From Candidatus Methylomirabilota bacterium (GTDB taxonomy: Bacteria; Methylomirabilota; Methylomirabilia; Rokubacteriales; CSP1-6), in contig DATBIM010000053.1 in NCBI GenBank assembly GCA_036556905.1, positions 63,118-127,117 of the forward strand: a DNA stretch of 64,000 bases, given 5' to 3'. Both the position numbers and the translations under genes were made by a program. The first letter of the stretch is position 1; each line of letters begins with the position of its first letter. Under the pieces are notes generated by a model. It saw only the letters and a program-made list of their open reading frames with translations, was not told the origin of the DNA and searched no databases. Below, piece by piece: positions 9,808 through 18,561 of this stretch.

Positions 9808-9824
9808 TGATCCAAGGAGGCCAT

Positions 9825-10085
9825 ATGCCGGAGCTGGAGGAGAAAGTCATCGCGAGCTGGACGTACCGGAAGGGCGCGCTCGATCCCAAGACGGCGTCGC
9901 TCTGCTATCTGGCCGCCAACCTGGCCGTCGGCAACACCCACTGAGCCAAGCGCGACCTGGCGGGCGCCAGGACAGCCGGAGCCACCGAGGCGGAATTGCG
10001 GGAAGCGATCAGCTTTGCCATCCGGGCCAACGCGGCCCGGGCCCACGCCGACATCCTGAAGGTGTGGACCGATGGCGGACGTTAG
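9825..10085 (+). CDS. carboxymuconolactone decarboxylase/AhpD-like protein with in-frame TGA at 9942..9944 (candidate selenocysteine)
   Basis: The ATG at 9825 lies 4 nt after AAGGAGG. The product is 39 aa + TGA + 46 aa = 86 aa, the size of one CMD domain. LDPKTASLCYLAANLAVGNTH-U-AKRDLAGARTAGATEAELREA aligns without gaps to my recollection of the CMD consensus (ldpktreLialavaaalgCpyClaaHtraalkaGateeei), placing TGA on the second Cys of CxxC. GC3 is about 92% before the TGA and about 83% after it. The stop at 10083 overlaps the next gene's ATG at 10072. Both halves are under 60 aa, so they are absent from the ORF track. Confidence 0.6.
9956..9971 (+). promoter_or_regulatory. SECIS-like hairpin 11 nt downstream of the in-frame TGA
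   Basis: CCTGGC-GGGC-GCCAGG: a 6-bp GC-rich stem with a G-rich 4-nt loop. The stem starts 11 nt after the TGA, and the apical loop starts 17 nt after it. Confidence 0.45.
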
Positions 10086-10383
10086 GCTGACGGCGGCATT
10101 CTCCACCGTCCCCACGGGCGAGCAAGAGGAGATCAAGCGCGTCCTGGTCGAGACCGTGGAGCAGCTGGCCCGTGACGATCGGACGTTCGCCACGGCCCGG
10201 ATCGTCTTCACCGAGTCCGACGAGCGGTGCGGTCTCACCGCCGAGCTCGACGGCGTGAAGCGGGAGGGCGTGCCGTTGCAGCTCGACATCGAGCAACTGG
10301 AAGACGCCAAAACCTCGGCCGGGGCCCGGGCCCAGCTCAAGGAGGCCCTGCGCCTGTACTTCCGCCGGGTGCTCGGCAAGTGA
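10072..10383 (+). CDS. hypothetical protein
   Basis: 103-aa ORF with high GC3 and balanced composition. The start overlaps the end of the AhpD-like ORF. The stop overlaps the GTG of the next gene (GTGA). Confidence 0.7.
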   Translation: MADVRLTAAFSTVPTGEQEEIKRVLVETVEQLARDDRTFATARIVFTESDERCGLTAELDGVKREGVPLQLDIEQLEDAKTSAGARAQLKEALRLYFRRVLGK

Positions 10384-11087
10384 CCGACGACGACGGCCAG
10401 CTCCTGTTCGCCTGGCGGGACTGTCTGTTCCGAGTCCCCGATCGGGTGCAGTCGCCCAAGGCCGGATCGCTGTTCTTCTGTCGCCACCTGACCGTGCGGC
10501 GCGGCGAGCGCGTGCTGGAGATCGGTGCCGGGCTGGGGCTGGCTGCGGTGATGGCGGCCCGTGCCGGCGCTCACGTCGTCGCCACCGATATCGTGCCGGA
10601 GGCGGTCGACGCGATCCGCGCCAACGCCGCCCTCAACGGGGTGACGGTGGATGCCCGCCTGGGCGACGGCTACGCGCCGGTGGCCGGTGAGCGCTTCGAT
10701 CTCGTCTGCACCAACGCCCCGCAGATGCCGACCCCGCCGGGCCGGGGTCGCCCGGATGCCCAGGCGGCGGCCGACAACGGTGGCCTCGACGGCTGGGAGA
10801 TCCTGGACCGTGTCATCGAGGGCGCCACCAGCCATCTGCGCCCGGGGGGCCGGCTCGTCTTCTCTCTGTTCGCGTTCCTGGGCCGCAAGACCGCGTTCGC
10901 CAAGCTGGAGAGACAGGGTCTCCTGCCGACGGTGGTGGCCAGCGAGACGCAGGCGTTCCCGCGTTTGGGTTACGAGCGCCTCGACCACCTGCGCAGTCTC
11001 GATGGCGAGGGGACGCTGCCGGCCGGCATGCCCGCGACCGTCGAGCGTCTCATCATCCAGGGTACCCGGCCATGCTCCGGCGGCTGA
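10380..11087 (+). CDS. class I SAM-dependent methyltransferase (HemK/small-MTase-like)
   Basis: SAM motif I VLEIGAGLGLAAVMAA, acidic loop VVATD, and a motif IV variant, CTNAPQMP. GTG at 10380 overlaps the upstream stop. Confidence 0.85.
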   Translation: MTDDDGQLLFAWRDCLFRVPDRVQSPKAGSLFFCRHLTVRRGERVLEIGAGLGLAAVMAARAGAHVVATDIVPEAVDAIRANAALNGVTVDARLGDGYAPVAGERFDLVCTNAPQMPTPPGRGRPDAQAAADNGGLDGWEILDRVIEGATSHLRPGGRLVFSLFAFLGRKTAFAKLERQGLLPTVVASETQAFPRLGYERLDHLRSLDGEGTLPAGMPATVERLIIQGTRPCSGG

Positions 11088-11815
11088 TCGTCAACGCCGA
11101 CGACTTCGGCATGACACCGGGCGTGAGCGCCGGGATCTTGCTCGCCCACCGCCACGGTATCGTCACGAGCACCACGGTGCTGGTGACGGCGGACGTCGAT
11201 CGCGACCAGCTCGCCGCCGCCCTCGATTCCGGCCTGGGGCTGGGCATCCACCTCAACCTCACGCTCGGGAAGCCGCTGACCCGCGCGCCCTCGCTGGTCG
11301 ACGCCGACGGCCGCTTCATTCGCGACGCGCGCCGGGCGGCGGCCCGAGCCGAGGCCAAGGAGGTCGAGGCCGAGATCGAGGCCCAGCTCGAGCGCTTCGT
11401 CGCGCTCACCCGGCGCGCGCCCACGCACCTGGACACCCACCATCACATCGGCCTCCTGGCGCCGGTGGACGAGATCTTGATATCGGCCGCCCGCCGGCAC
11501 GGCGTGGCCGTGCGCAGCCAGACGGACCTGGTCCGGGCGCGGGCCCGCACGGCGTCGCTCAAGACGCCCGATCACTTCTTTGGCGAGGCGGGCCCCGAGG
11601 CCTACTGGTCGGCGGCGCGGCTGCGCCGGGTGCTGCGTGCGTTACCCGCGGGCGTCTCCGAGTTCATGACGCATCCCGGCCAGTGCGACGGGCCGCTGAC
11701 GGCGAGCCGGTACGGCCGGCAGCGCGAGACCGAGCTGATCGGGCTGGGGAGCCTCGAGGCCCGGGCGGCCGTGGCCACCCTGGGCATCCAGCTCTGCCAC
11801 TTCGGTGACCTCTGA
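11072..11815 (+). CDS. ChbG/HpnK (YdjC) family carbohydrate deacetylase
   Basis: MLRRLIVNADDFGMTPGVSAGIL...HGIVTSTTVL is the hallmark N-terminus. HLDTHHH motif is present. Confidence 0.85.
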   Translation: MLRRLIVNADDFGMTPGVSAGILLAHRHGIVTSTTVLVTADVDRDQLAAALDSGLGLGIHLNLTLGKPLTRAPSLVDADGRFIRDARRAAARAEAKEVEAEIEAQLERFVALTRRAPTHLDTHHHIGLLAPVDEILISAARRHGVAVRSQTDLVRARARTASLKTPDHFFGEAGPEAYWSAARLRRVLRALPAGVSEFMTHPGQCDGPLTASRYGRQRETELIGLGSLEARAAVATLGIQLCHFGDL

Positions 11816-11822
11816 GACGACC

Positions 11823-12821
11823 ATGACGTCCGTCGTGGTTGGCGTCGACGTCGGGGGGACGACGACCGCGGCGGGCGCGGTGACCGGCGAAGGCGAGGTG
11901 CTGATCGACGAGCAGGCCCCTACGCACGGTGGCGGGCCCCGCACGGCCGGCCAGACCATCGTCGAGCTGGTGCAATCCGTCCTCGATCGCGCGGCGACCC
12001 GTGGGCTGCGCGTGAACGGCATCGGGGTGGGGGTCCCCGGTGTCGTGGATGCTGCGAGCGGGCTGATCGGCGAGGAGGCCGCCCACGTCCCGGATCTCCA
12101 GGGCCAGCCGTTGGCGGCCCGGCTCAGCGAGCGTTTCGGGCTCCCCGCCTTCGTCGACAATGATGTCAATGCCTTGGCCCTTGCCGAATACGCGTTTGGT
12201 CAAGGTCGCGGGGCTCGCTCGCTGGTGGTGTTGGCCCCGGGGACGGGCTTTGGGACCGGCATCATCCTCGACGGCCGCCTCGTCCGCGGTGCCCAGGGGT
12301 TCGGCGGCGAGTTCGGTCACGCGCCCGTGAAGTTCGACGGGCGTCCCTGCTGGTGTGGAGGGCGGGGCTGTCTGGCCGTGTATGCGAGCGGACGCGGGAT
12401 CGCCGAGGCGGCGCAGGAGCAGGCGAGCGGGGCACGGGGCAGCCAGTTGCTGCGCCTGGCGGGAGGCGATCGCGGTGCCATCACGGCGCCGGTCGTCTTC
12501 CAGGCGGCGTCGGCCGGCGATCCCCTCGCCATGGCCGTCGTCGAGGAGGCCTGTCGGGCGCTGGGCGCGGTCATCGCCGTCATCGTGAACGGGCTCAATC
12601 CGGAAGTCGTCGTGATCACCGGTGGCGTCGCTGCCGCCTACGCGCCCCTGGAGAAGCGGGTGCTCGCGGCCGCCGCCGAGCACGCGTTTGCCCGGGCCCT
12701 GGCCCTGACCAGGGTGAGCATCGTGCCCGCCGACAAGCGCCGGACTGTGCGCGGGGCGGCGGCTCTGGTGCTCTACGAGACTCAATGGCGGGGGGACACA
12801 GCTCAGGGAGGTCGGTCATGA
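11823..12821 (+). CDS. ROK family sugar kinase
   Basis: VGVDVGGTTT ATP motif and the ROK zinc motif CWCGGRGCLAVYASG. An alternative GTG start is at 11805. Confidence 0.9.
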   Translation: MTSVVVGVDVGGTTTAAGAVTGEGEVLIDEQAPTHGGGPRTAGQTIVELVQSVLDRAATRGLRVNGIGVGVPGVVDAASGLIGEEAAHVPDLQGQPLAARLSERFGLPAFVDNDVNALALAEYAFGQGRGARSLVVLAPGTGFGTGIILDGRLVRGAQGFGGEFGHAPVKFDGRPCWCGGRGCLAVYASGRGIAEAAQEQASGARGSQLLRLAGGDRGAITAPVVFQAASAGDPLAMAVVEEACRALGAVIAVIVNGLNPEVVVITGGVAAAYAPLEKRVLAAAAEHAFARALALTRVSIVPADKRRTVRGAAALVLYETQWRGDTAQGGRS

Positions 12822-13870
12822 AAGCGATCACGTTCCAAGGAGTGGGCGACGTTCGGGTCGAAGACGTGGCCGATCCCAAGGTTGTCGATTCTGCCGATGT
12901 GGTGTTGCGCATCACCACCAGCGCCGTGTGCGGCTCCGACCTCCACCAGTATCACGGCCGGGGCGGAGGCCTCGTCGCCCGGGGCGCGGTGATGGGCCAC
13001 GAGTTCATGGGGGTCGTGGAGGAGGTGGGGCCGGCCATCAAGGGCCTGCGTCTCGGTGATCGCGTCGTGGCGCCGTTCTCAGTTTCGTGCGGGCACTGCG
13101 AATGGTGCCAGCGCCGGCTGCCCACCCAGTGCACGACCACGGGCCGCGCCGTCTTCGGGGGCCGCTTCGGCACGGTCTTTCCCGGCGGTCAGGCCGAGCG
13201 CATCCGGGTTCCCTTCGCCGACTATCTCTGTGAAAAAGTCCCAGCCGGCATGTCAGACGAGGATGCGCTCTTCCTGGGCGACATCCTCTCCACCGGATAC
13301 TGCTGCGCCGAGAACGGCGGCATCCGCCCCCGCGACACCGTTGCCGTCTTCGGCGCTGGCCCGGTCGGCCTCCTGGCCATGCAATCCGCCCAGCTCTTCG
13401 GGCCGGCCCGAGTCTTCGCCGTCGACCGCGTCGATTACCGGCTGGCCCTGGCCCGGGAGCTCGGCGCCGAGCCGGTCGATCTCGAGCGCGGTGATCCGGC
13501 CGAGCAGCTCCGGGCGCTGACCGGGGGCCGGGGCCCCGACGTCGTCCTGGAGTGCGTGGGTCACGAGACGCCCTTCACCCAGGCCATCCAGGCCGTGCGG
13601 GCGGGCGGCGTCGTGTCGTCGGTCGGCGTTTATGTGGAGCCCACCATGGGCTTCCCCGCGCGAGAGGCGTTCTTCAAGGACCTGACGCTCAAGATGGGGA
13701 TCTGCAACGCACGCAACTACATCACGCCGCTCATGGAGCTGGTCCGGCTGGGAAAACTCCGGCCCGCCCGCATCATCACGCACACCATGGCCCTGAAAGA
13801 TGCACCCCGCGGCTACGCCATCTTCGACGGCAAGGAAGACCGCGCGGTGAAGGTGATGTTGAAGCCCTGA
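12818..13870 (+). CDS. zinc-dependent alcohol dehydrogenase family protein
   Basis: MKAITFQG..., CGSDLH, GHEFMGVV, structural-Zn cluster CGHCEWCQRRLPTQC, and GAGPVGL. The ATGA overlaps the ROK stop. Confidence 0.9.
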   Translation: MKAITFQGVGDVRVEDVADPKVVDSADVVLRITTSAVCGSDLHQYHGRGGGLVARGAVMGHEFMGVVEEVGPAIKGLRLGDRVVAPFSVSCGHCEWCQRRLPTQCTTTGRAVFGGRFGTVFPGGQAERIRVPFADYLCEKVPAGMSDEDALFLGDILSTGYCCAENGGIRPRDTVAVFGAGPVGLLAMQSAQLFGPARVFAVDRVDYRLALARELGAEPVDLERGDPAEQLRALTGGRGPDVVLECVGHETPFTQAIQAVRAGGVVSSVGVYVEPTMGFPAREAFFKDLTLKMGICNARNYITPLMELVRLGKLRPARIITHTMALKDAPRGYAIFDGKEDRAVKVMLKP

Positions 13871-13884
13871 CCGGGTGGGTTGCC

Positions 13885-14403
13885 TCACGGGCCCGGCGGG
13901 GCCTCGCGGAGCGCCTCGTCGAGGATCGCCGGCAAGCGTGTCACCGCGGACTCGCCATGGAGACGGGCCACCAGCTCGCCCTTGAGATCCATGACGACGG
14001 TGTACGGGGTGCCTTTGAAACCGAAGCGGTTGCCGATGGTGAGCTGGGGATCGAGCGCGATCGGATAGGCCACTTTCTGGGCCCGCATGAACTTGCGGGT
14101 GTCGGCCACCGTATCCTGCACGTGCAGCGCGACAAACTCCACGTTCTGACCGCGATAGCGGTCGACCAGGCGCCCGAACGCCCGTGATTCCTTGGCGCAG
14201 GGCCGGCAGTAGGAGGCCTGGAAGCGCACCACCAGCACCTTCTTGCCGGTGAGCTCACGGGAGTCGACGACACGGGAGAAGTTGAGGAGCTCGACGCGGA
14301 GACCCGGCGCATCCGGTGGGCTGTCCGCTCGACCGGGGCCGGGGGCGGTGCCCACCGCCAGCGCGAGCGCGACGGCCAGCACGAGCCGATGGCGCGGACC
14401 CAC
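13885..14403 (-). CDS. TlpA-like thiol:disulfide oxidoreductase (redoxin)
   Basis: Signal/anchor VGPRHRLVLAVALALAVGTAPG, thioredoxin motif FQASYCRPCAKE, and GTPYTVV. GTG start at 14403. Confidence 0.85.
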   Translation of the reverse strand: MGPRHRLVLAVALALAVGTAPGPGRADSPPDAPGLRVELLNFSRVVDSRELTGKKVLVVRFQASYCRPCAKESRAFGRLVDRYRGQNVEFVALHVQDTVADTRKFMRAQKVAYPIALDPQLTIGNRFGFKGTPYTVVMDLKGELVARLHGESAVTRLPAILDEALREAPPGP

Positions 14404-14408
14404 GCGCG

Positions 14409-14415
14409 TATAATA
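14409..14415. promoter_or_regulatory. shared AT-rich -10-like element (TATAATA / TATTATA) between divergent GTG starts
   Basis: This is the only AT-rich heptamer in the region. On the + strand, TATAAT is followed 7 nt later by GTG at 14422. On the - strand, TATTAT is followed 6 nt later by GTG at 14403. Neither GTG has an RBS. Confidence 0.3.
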
Positions 14416-14421
14416 AGCCCG

Positions 14422-17328
14422 GTGCGCGACCTCGAGCACGAACTTCGCAGAGTCATCGCCGGCGACGTCCGCTTCGACCGAACCTCCCGGCTCCTCTACG
14501 CCACCGACGCCTCGATGTACCAGGTCGAGCCGATCGGAGTGGTCATCCCCCGCGAGGCCGGTGACGTGCAGGCCGCCGTCGAGGTGGCCCGTACGTTCGG
14601 CGCGCCGCTCTTGCCTCGGGGCGGCGGCACCTCGCTCACCGGCCAGACCGTCAACCATGCCGTCGTGCTCGACTTCTCGGCTCACCTCAACCGCGTGCTG
14701 GAGGTCAACGCCGACGAACGGTGGGCTCGGGTGGGCCCCGGGCTGGTGCAGGATGAGCTGAATCACCACGTACGCCCGCTGGGCTTGCTCTTCGGGCCCG
14801 ACACGTCGACCTCCAACCGCGCGACCCTGGGCGGGATGATCGGCAACAATTCCGGAGGCTCCCACTCGATCGCCTATGGCCTCACCGTGGACCACGTGCT
14901 GGAGATCACGACACTCCTGGCCGATGGCACCCGGGTCGTCTTCGGCGAGCTCACCGCCGCCGAGTTCGAGGCCAAGTGTCGGCTCTCGGGCCGCGAAGGC
15001 GACATTTATCGGGCAGTCGCGAAGCTGCGGGACACGTATGCCGATGAGATTCGCGCCCGCTACCCCAGCCACTGGCGCCGCGTGGCCGGCTACAACCTCA
15101 ACGAGCTGGTCGGCGTCAGCATCAAGCCTGGCTCGCCCGCCGGCGGTGGAAACGGCGCGCCCCGGCCGCTCAGCATGGCCCGGCTCCTGGTCGGCTCCGA
15201 GGGAACGCTGGTGACGGTTGTGGACGCCAAGGTGCGGCTGATGCCCCGGCCCCGGGCCACCGCGCTCGACGTCATCCACTTCGCGGAGATGCAGGAAGCG
15301 CTGGAGGCCTCCCAGTCAATTCTAGAATCCGGGCCCTACGCGGTCGAGCTGACCGACAAGATGATCCTGGATCTGGCGCGCGAGAACATCGAGCAGCGGC
15401 AGCGCGCGGCGTTCATCCAGGGCAATCCCGCCGCCATCCTGATGGTGGAGTACGCGGGCGACAGCGAAGCCGAGGTCCGGGCCAAGGTCGAGGCCCTGGA
15501 GGCGCGTCGGCAGCGCGAGCGGTTCGGCTATGCCGCGCACATCACCTATGACGGAGCGGCCCAGCAGTCCATCTGGAAGCTCCGCAAGGCGGGGCTGGGG
15601 CTGCTCCTGGGCATGAAGGGTGACCGCAAGCCCATCGCCTTCGTGGAGGACACCGCCGTCGAGCCCCGCCACCTGGCCAAGTTCGTGGCAAGGTTCCGGG
15701 AGATTTTCGCGCGCCACGACACGGAGGGCGCCTATTACGGCCACTGTTCGGTGGGCTGCCTGCACATCCGCCCCGTCATCAATCTCAAGACCGCCCGGGG
15801 GCTCGAGCAGGTACGGGCCATCGCCGAGGAGATCAACGACCTCGTGCTCGAGTTCGGCGGGACGATCTCCAGCGAGCATGGTGACGGTCGGGCCCGCAGC
15901 CCCTTCCTGGAGCGCATGTACGGCCCGACCCTCATGCGGGCGTTTCGCGAGCTCAAGCAGGCCTTTGACCCCGACAACCGCATGAACCCCGGGAACCTCG
16001 TGCAGAGCCCCGGCATCACGGAGCACATGCGCTACGGGGCGCAGTACACGACCTGGCAGCCCACCACGCTGCTGGATTTCGGAGACCAGGGCGGCTTCGC
16101 TGCGGCCGTCGAGATGTGCAACGGCGTCGGGGTCTGTCGCAAGACGCTGGAGGGCACGATGTGCCCCTCGTACATGGCGACCCGGGACGAGGAGCACTCC
16201 ACCCGCGGCCGGGCCAATGCCCTGCGCGCTGTGCTCTCCGGGCAGATGCCGGCTACCGAGTTCACGGGCCAGCGCCTCTACGAAGTGATGGACCTCTGCC
16301 TGGAGTGCAAAGGCTGCAAGGCCGAGTGTCCGTCCAATGTGGACATGGCCAAGCTCAAGTACGAGTTTCTGCATCACTACTACCGGGCCAACGGCCTGCC
16401 CCTGCGCAACCGGCTCTTCGGTCACCTGGCCCGCCTGAACGCGCTGGGCGCCCTGGCCCCCGGGCTGGTGAACCGGCTCTCCCGTCTGGCTCCGAGCCGG
16501 TGGCTGCTGGAGAAGCTCGCAGGCATCGACCGCCGCCGGCCCCTGCCGCCCCTGGCCACCCAGACGTTCACCGACTGGTTCGCCCGCCGACCCCCGCCGG
16601 CCGCGGCGCCCCGGGGCGAGGTCGTCCTCTTCCACGACACGTTCGTGACCTACAATGCGCCCGAGATCGGACAGGCCGCCGTCGGCTTACTGGAGGCTGC
16701 CGGGCACCGTGTCGTGCTCGTCGACCGTAAGTGTTGCGGTCGCCCGCTCATCTCCAAGGGGCTGCTGGACCAGGCCCGTGAGCATGCGGCCTGGAACGTG
16801 GCGCGCCTGGCGCCGTACGCGAGCCGCGGCATTGCCGTCGTCGGGCTCGAGCCCTCGTGCCTGTTGACCCTCCGCGACGAGTCGGTGGATCTGCTTCGTA
16901 CGGCCGAAGCCCGAACCGTGGCTCGCCAGAGCTTCCTGCTCGAGGAGTTCCTCACCCGCGAGCGCAGTCGCGGCCTGCGCCTGCCGTTCAAGGGCAACGG
17001 ACGCCCGGCGCTCCTGCACGGCCACTGCCACCAGAAAGCGCTGGTCGGCACGGGCCCGACGGTGGCCGCGCTGCGCTGGGCTGGCTTCGAGGTCAGCGAG
17101 GTCGATTCGGGCTGCTGCGGCATGGCCGGATCGTTCGGGTTCGAGCGCGAGCACTACGACGTCTCGGTCTGGCTCGGAAATCGACGACTGGCGCCCGCGG
17201 TGAAGGCCACACCGGCCGACGCCGAGATCGTGGCGCCCGGCATCTCGTGCCGGCAGCAGATCGAGCACCTGGCCGGCCGGCGGGCCAAGCACCCCGCCGA
17301 AGTGCTGTGGGAGGCGCTCTCCGCCTGA
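14422..17328 (+). CDS. FAD-binding oxidase fused to (Fe-S)-binding CCG domains (YdiJ / GlcD-GlcF fusion type)
   Basis: FAD-PCMH domain (PRGGGTSLTGQ), ferredoxin-like clusters CNGVGVCRK...MCPSY and CLECKGCKAECPSN, and two CCG motifs (KCCGRP, GCCGMAGSFG). An alternative ATG at 14389 would overlap the divergent gene. Confidence 0.9.
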   Translation: MRDLEHELRRVIAGDVRFDRTSRLLYATDASMYQVEPIGVVIPREAGDVQAAVEVARTFGAPLLPRGGGTSLTGQTVNHAVVLDFSAHLNRVLEVNADERWARVGPGLVQDELNHHVRPLGLLFGPDTSTSNRATLGGMIGNNSGGSHSIAYGLTVDHVLEITTLLADGTRVVFGELTAAEFEAKCRLSGREGDIYRAVAKLRDTYADEIRARYPSHWRRVAGYNLNELVGVSIKPGSPAGGGNGAPRPLSMARLLVGSEGTLVTVVDAKVRLMPRPRATALDVIHFAEMQEALEASQSILESGPYAVELTDKMILDLARENIEQRQRAAFIQGNPAAILMVEYAGDSEAEVRAKVEALEARRQRERFGYAAHITYDGAAQQSIWKLRKAGLGLLLGMKGDRKPIAFVEDTAVEPRHLAKFVARFREIFARHDTEGAYYGHCSVGCLHIRPVINLKTARGLEQVRAIAEEINDLVLEFGGTISSEHGDGRARSPFLERMYGPTLMRAFRELKQAFDPDNRMNPGNLVQSPGITEHMRYGAQYTTWQPTTLLDFGDQGGFAAAVEMCNGVGVCRKTLEGTMCPSYMATRDEEHSTRGRANALRAVLSGQMPATEFTGQRLYEVMDLCLECKGCKAECPSNVDMAKLKYEFLHHYYRANGLPLRNRLFGHLARLNALGALAPGLVNRLSRLAPSRWLLEKLAGIDRRRPLPPLATQTFTDWFARRPPPAAAPRGEVVLFHDTFVTYNAPEIGQAAVGLLEAAGHRVVLVDRKCCGRPLISKGLLDQAREHAAWNVARLAPYASRGIAVVGLEPSCLLTLRDESVDLLRTAEARTVARQSFLLEEFLTRERSRGLRLPFKGNGRPALLHGHCHQKALVGTGPTVAALRWAGFEVSEVDSGCCGMAGSFGFEREHYDVSVWLGNRRLAPAVKATPADAEIVAPGISCRQQIEHLAGRRAKHPAEVLWEALSA

Positions 17329-17343
17329 GATAGTATCGGCCGC

Positions 17344-18081
17344 GTGTGGCCCGCTCCGCTCGTCGCGCTGGCCGTGCTCGTCTCGGGGTTCGTCAAGGGC
17401 ACGATCGGCATCGGCTTTCCCACGCTGGCCACCCCGCTACTCACGCTCGTCATCGACGTCAAGACGGCGGTCGTCCTGCTCATCCTGCCGAACATTGTGA
17501 TGGACGGCATCCAGTTCGCGCGGCAGGGGGTGCCCCTGGCCACGATGCGGCGGCTGACCGTGCTGATCGTCTTCGGGGCGGTGGGCACGGTGCTGGGGAC
17601 ACGCCTGCTCGTGGATTTACCCGCGTCGGTCGTGCTGTTGGTCCTGGGCATCTTCCTGCTCGTGTTCGTGGCGCTCGAGGTCGCGCGCCTGGCGCCCCGG
17701 ATTTCACCAGGCTGGGAGCCATGGATCGCTCCCGTGGCCGGCTTTGTGGCCGGGGTGCTGGGCGGGGTAACCAACGTCCCCGGCACGCCGCTGGCCGTGT
17801 ACTTCTACGCGCTGGGGATGGACAAGCGCGAGTTCATCCGCGCCGTGGCCTTCACCTTCATGCTCTACAAGCTCGTCCAGCTGGCCGCGGTCGCCTACTA
17901 CGGGCTGCTGAACTGGACGCTCCTGGTCGTCGCGGCCGGGCTCACGGTGGTGGCGGTGGCAGGGTTCACCGGCGGGCTCGCGGTCCAGGACCGGCTGGAG
18001 CAGCGCGCCTTCAACCGTCTCATCCTGATCTTCCTGGCCGGGCTCGGGCTGTGGCTGGTGCTGCGGGCTACACGCTGGTGA
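17344..18081 (+). CDS. TauE/SafE family sulfite/anion exporter
   Basis: Polytopic membrane protein. The FVKGTIGIGFPTLATPLL and GVLGGVTNVPGTPL repeats are typical of TauE/SafE. Confidence 0.85.
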   Translation: MWPAPLVALAVLVSGFVKGTIGIGFPTLATPLLTLVIDVKTAVVLLILPNIVMDGIQFARQGVPLATMRRLTVLIVFGAVGTVLGTRLLVDLPASVVLLVLGIFLLVFVALEVARLAPRISPGWEPWIAPVAGFVAGVLGGVTNVPGTPLAVYFYALGMDKREFIRAVAFTFMLYKLVQLAAVAYYGLLNWTLLVVAAGLTVVAVAGFTGGLAVQDRLEQRAFNRLILIFLAGLGLWLVLRATRW

Positions 18082-18556
18082 GCAGCCCCATGATGCGGTG
18101 CACCAGCTCCTCGTGGTCCGCGACGTTGTTGGGGAAGATTCGGAGCTCTTCGAGCTGGTCGAGGTCGAGCGTCTGGATGGGCTCGCCCAACTGGAGGCGA
18201 TCGAGGGGGATGGCCTGGAAGCACGAGCGCCCGGGCCCGGGGTGGTCGGTGACCAGGATGAAGTAGAGGGATGGCCACTGCCGGCGCGCCAGCAGGAACA
18301 CGGAGCGCTCGCCCCGCTGGTTCTCCACCGAGATGAACTGCTCGACGTAGGGCCGGTATTTCACCTCGACCAGGCGCTGGTACGGGCTGCCGTTCTCGCC
18401 GGGCATGGTGGCCGAGAAATCGGGCGAGAAATCCTCCCGGCCGAAGCGCAGGGGGACGTGCGCGGGTCGGTAGGGCTGGATCTCGTAACGGGCCCGCCGG
18501 AAGATCGACTCCACGAGGGCCTCGGCGATCCGGCTCTTGGCCTCGAGAAGGTCCAC
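18068..18556 (-). CDS. hypothetical protein with PD-(D/E)xK-like motif
   Basis: GTG at 18556 lies 5 nt after the response regulator's stop. The spacing in SPDF...(17 aa)...LVEVKYR resembles D...ExK nuclease-fold cores. The N-terminal part of ORF 18068..18919 is out-of-frame shadow of the regulator gene. Confidence 0.6.
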   Translation of the reverse strand: MDLLEAKSRIAEALVESIFRRARYEIQPYRPAHVPLRFGREDFSPDFSATMPGENGSPYQRLVEVKYRPYVEQFISVENQRGERSVFLLARRQWPSLYFILVTDHPGPGRSCFQAIPLDRLQLGEPIQTLDLDQLEELRIFPNNVADHEELVHRIMGLLTSV

Positions 18557-18561
18557 CGGGC

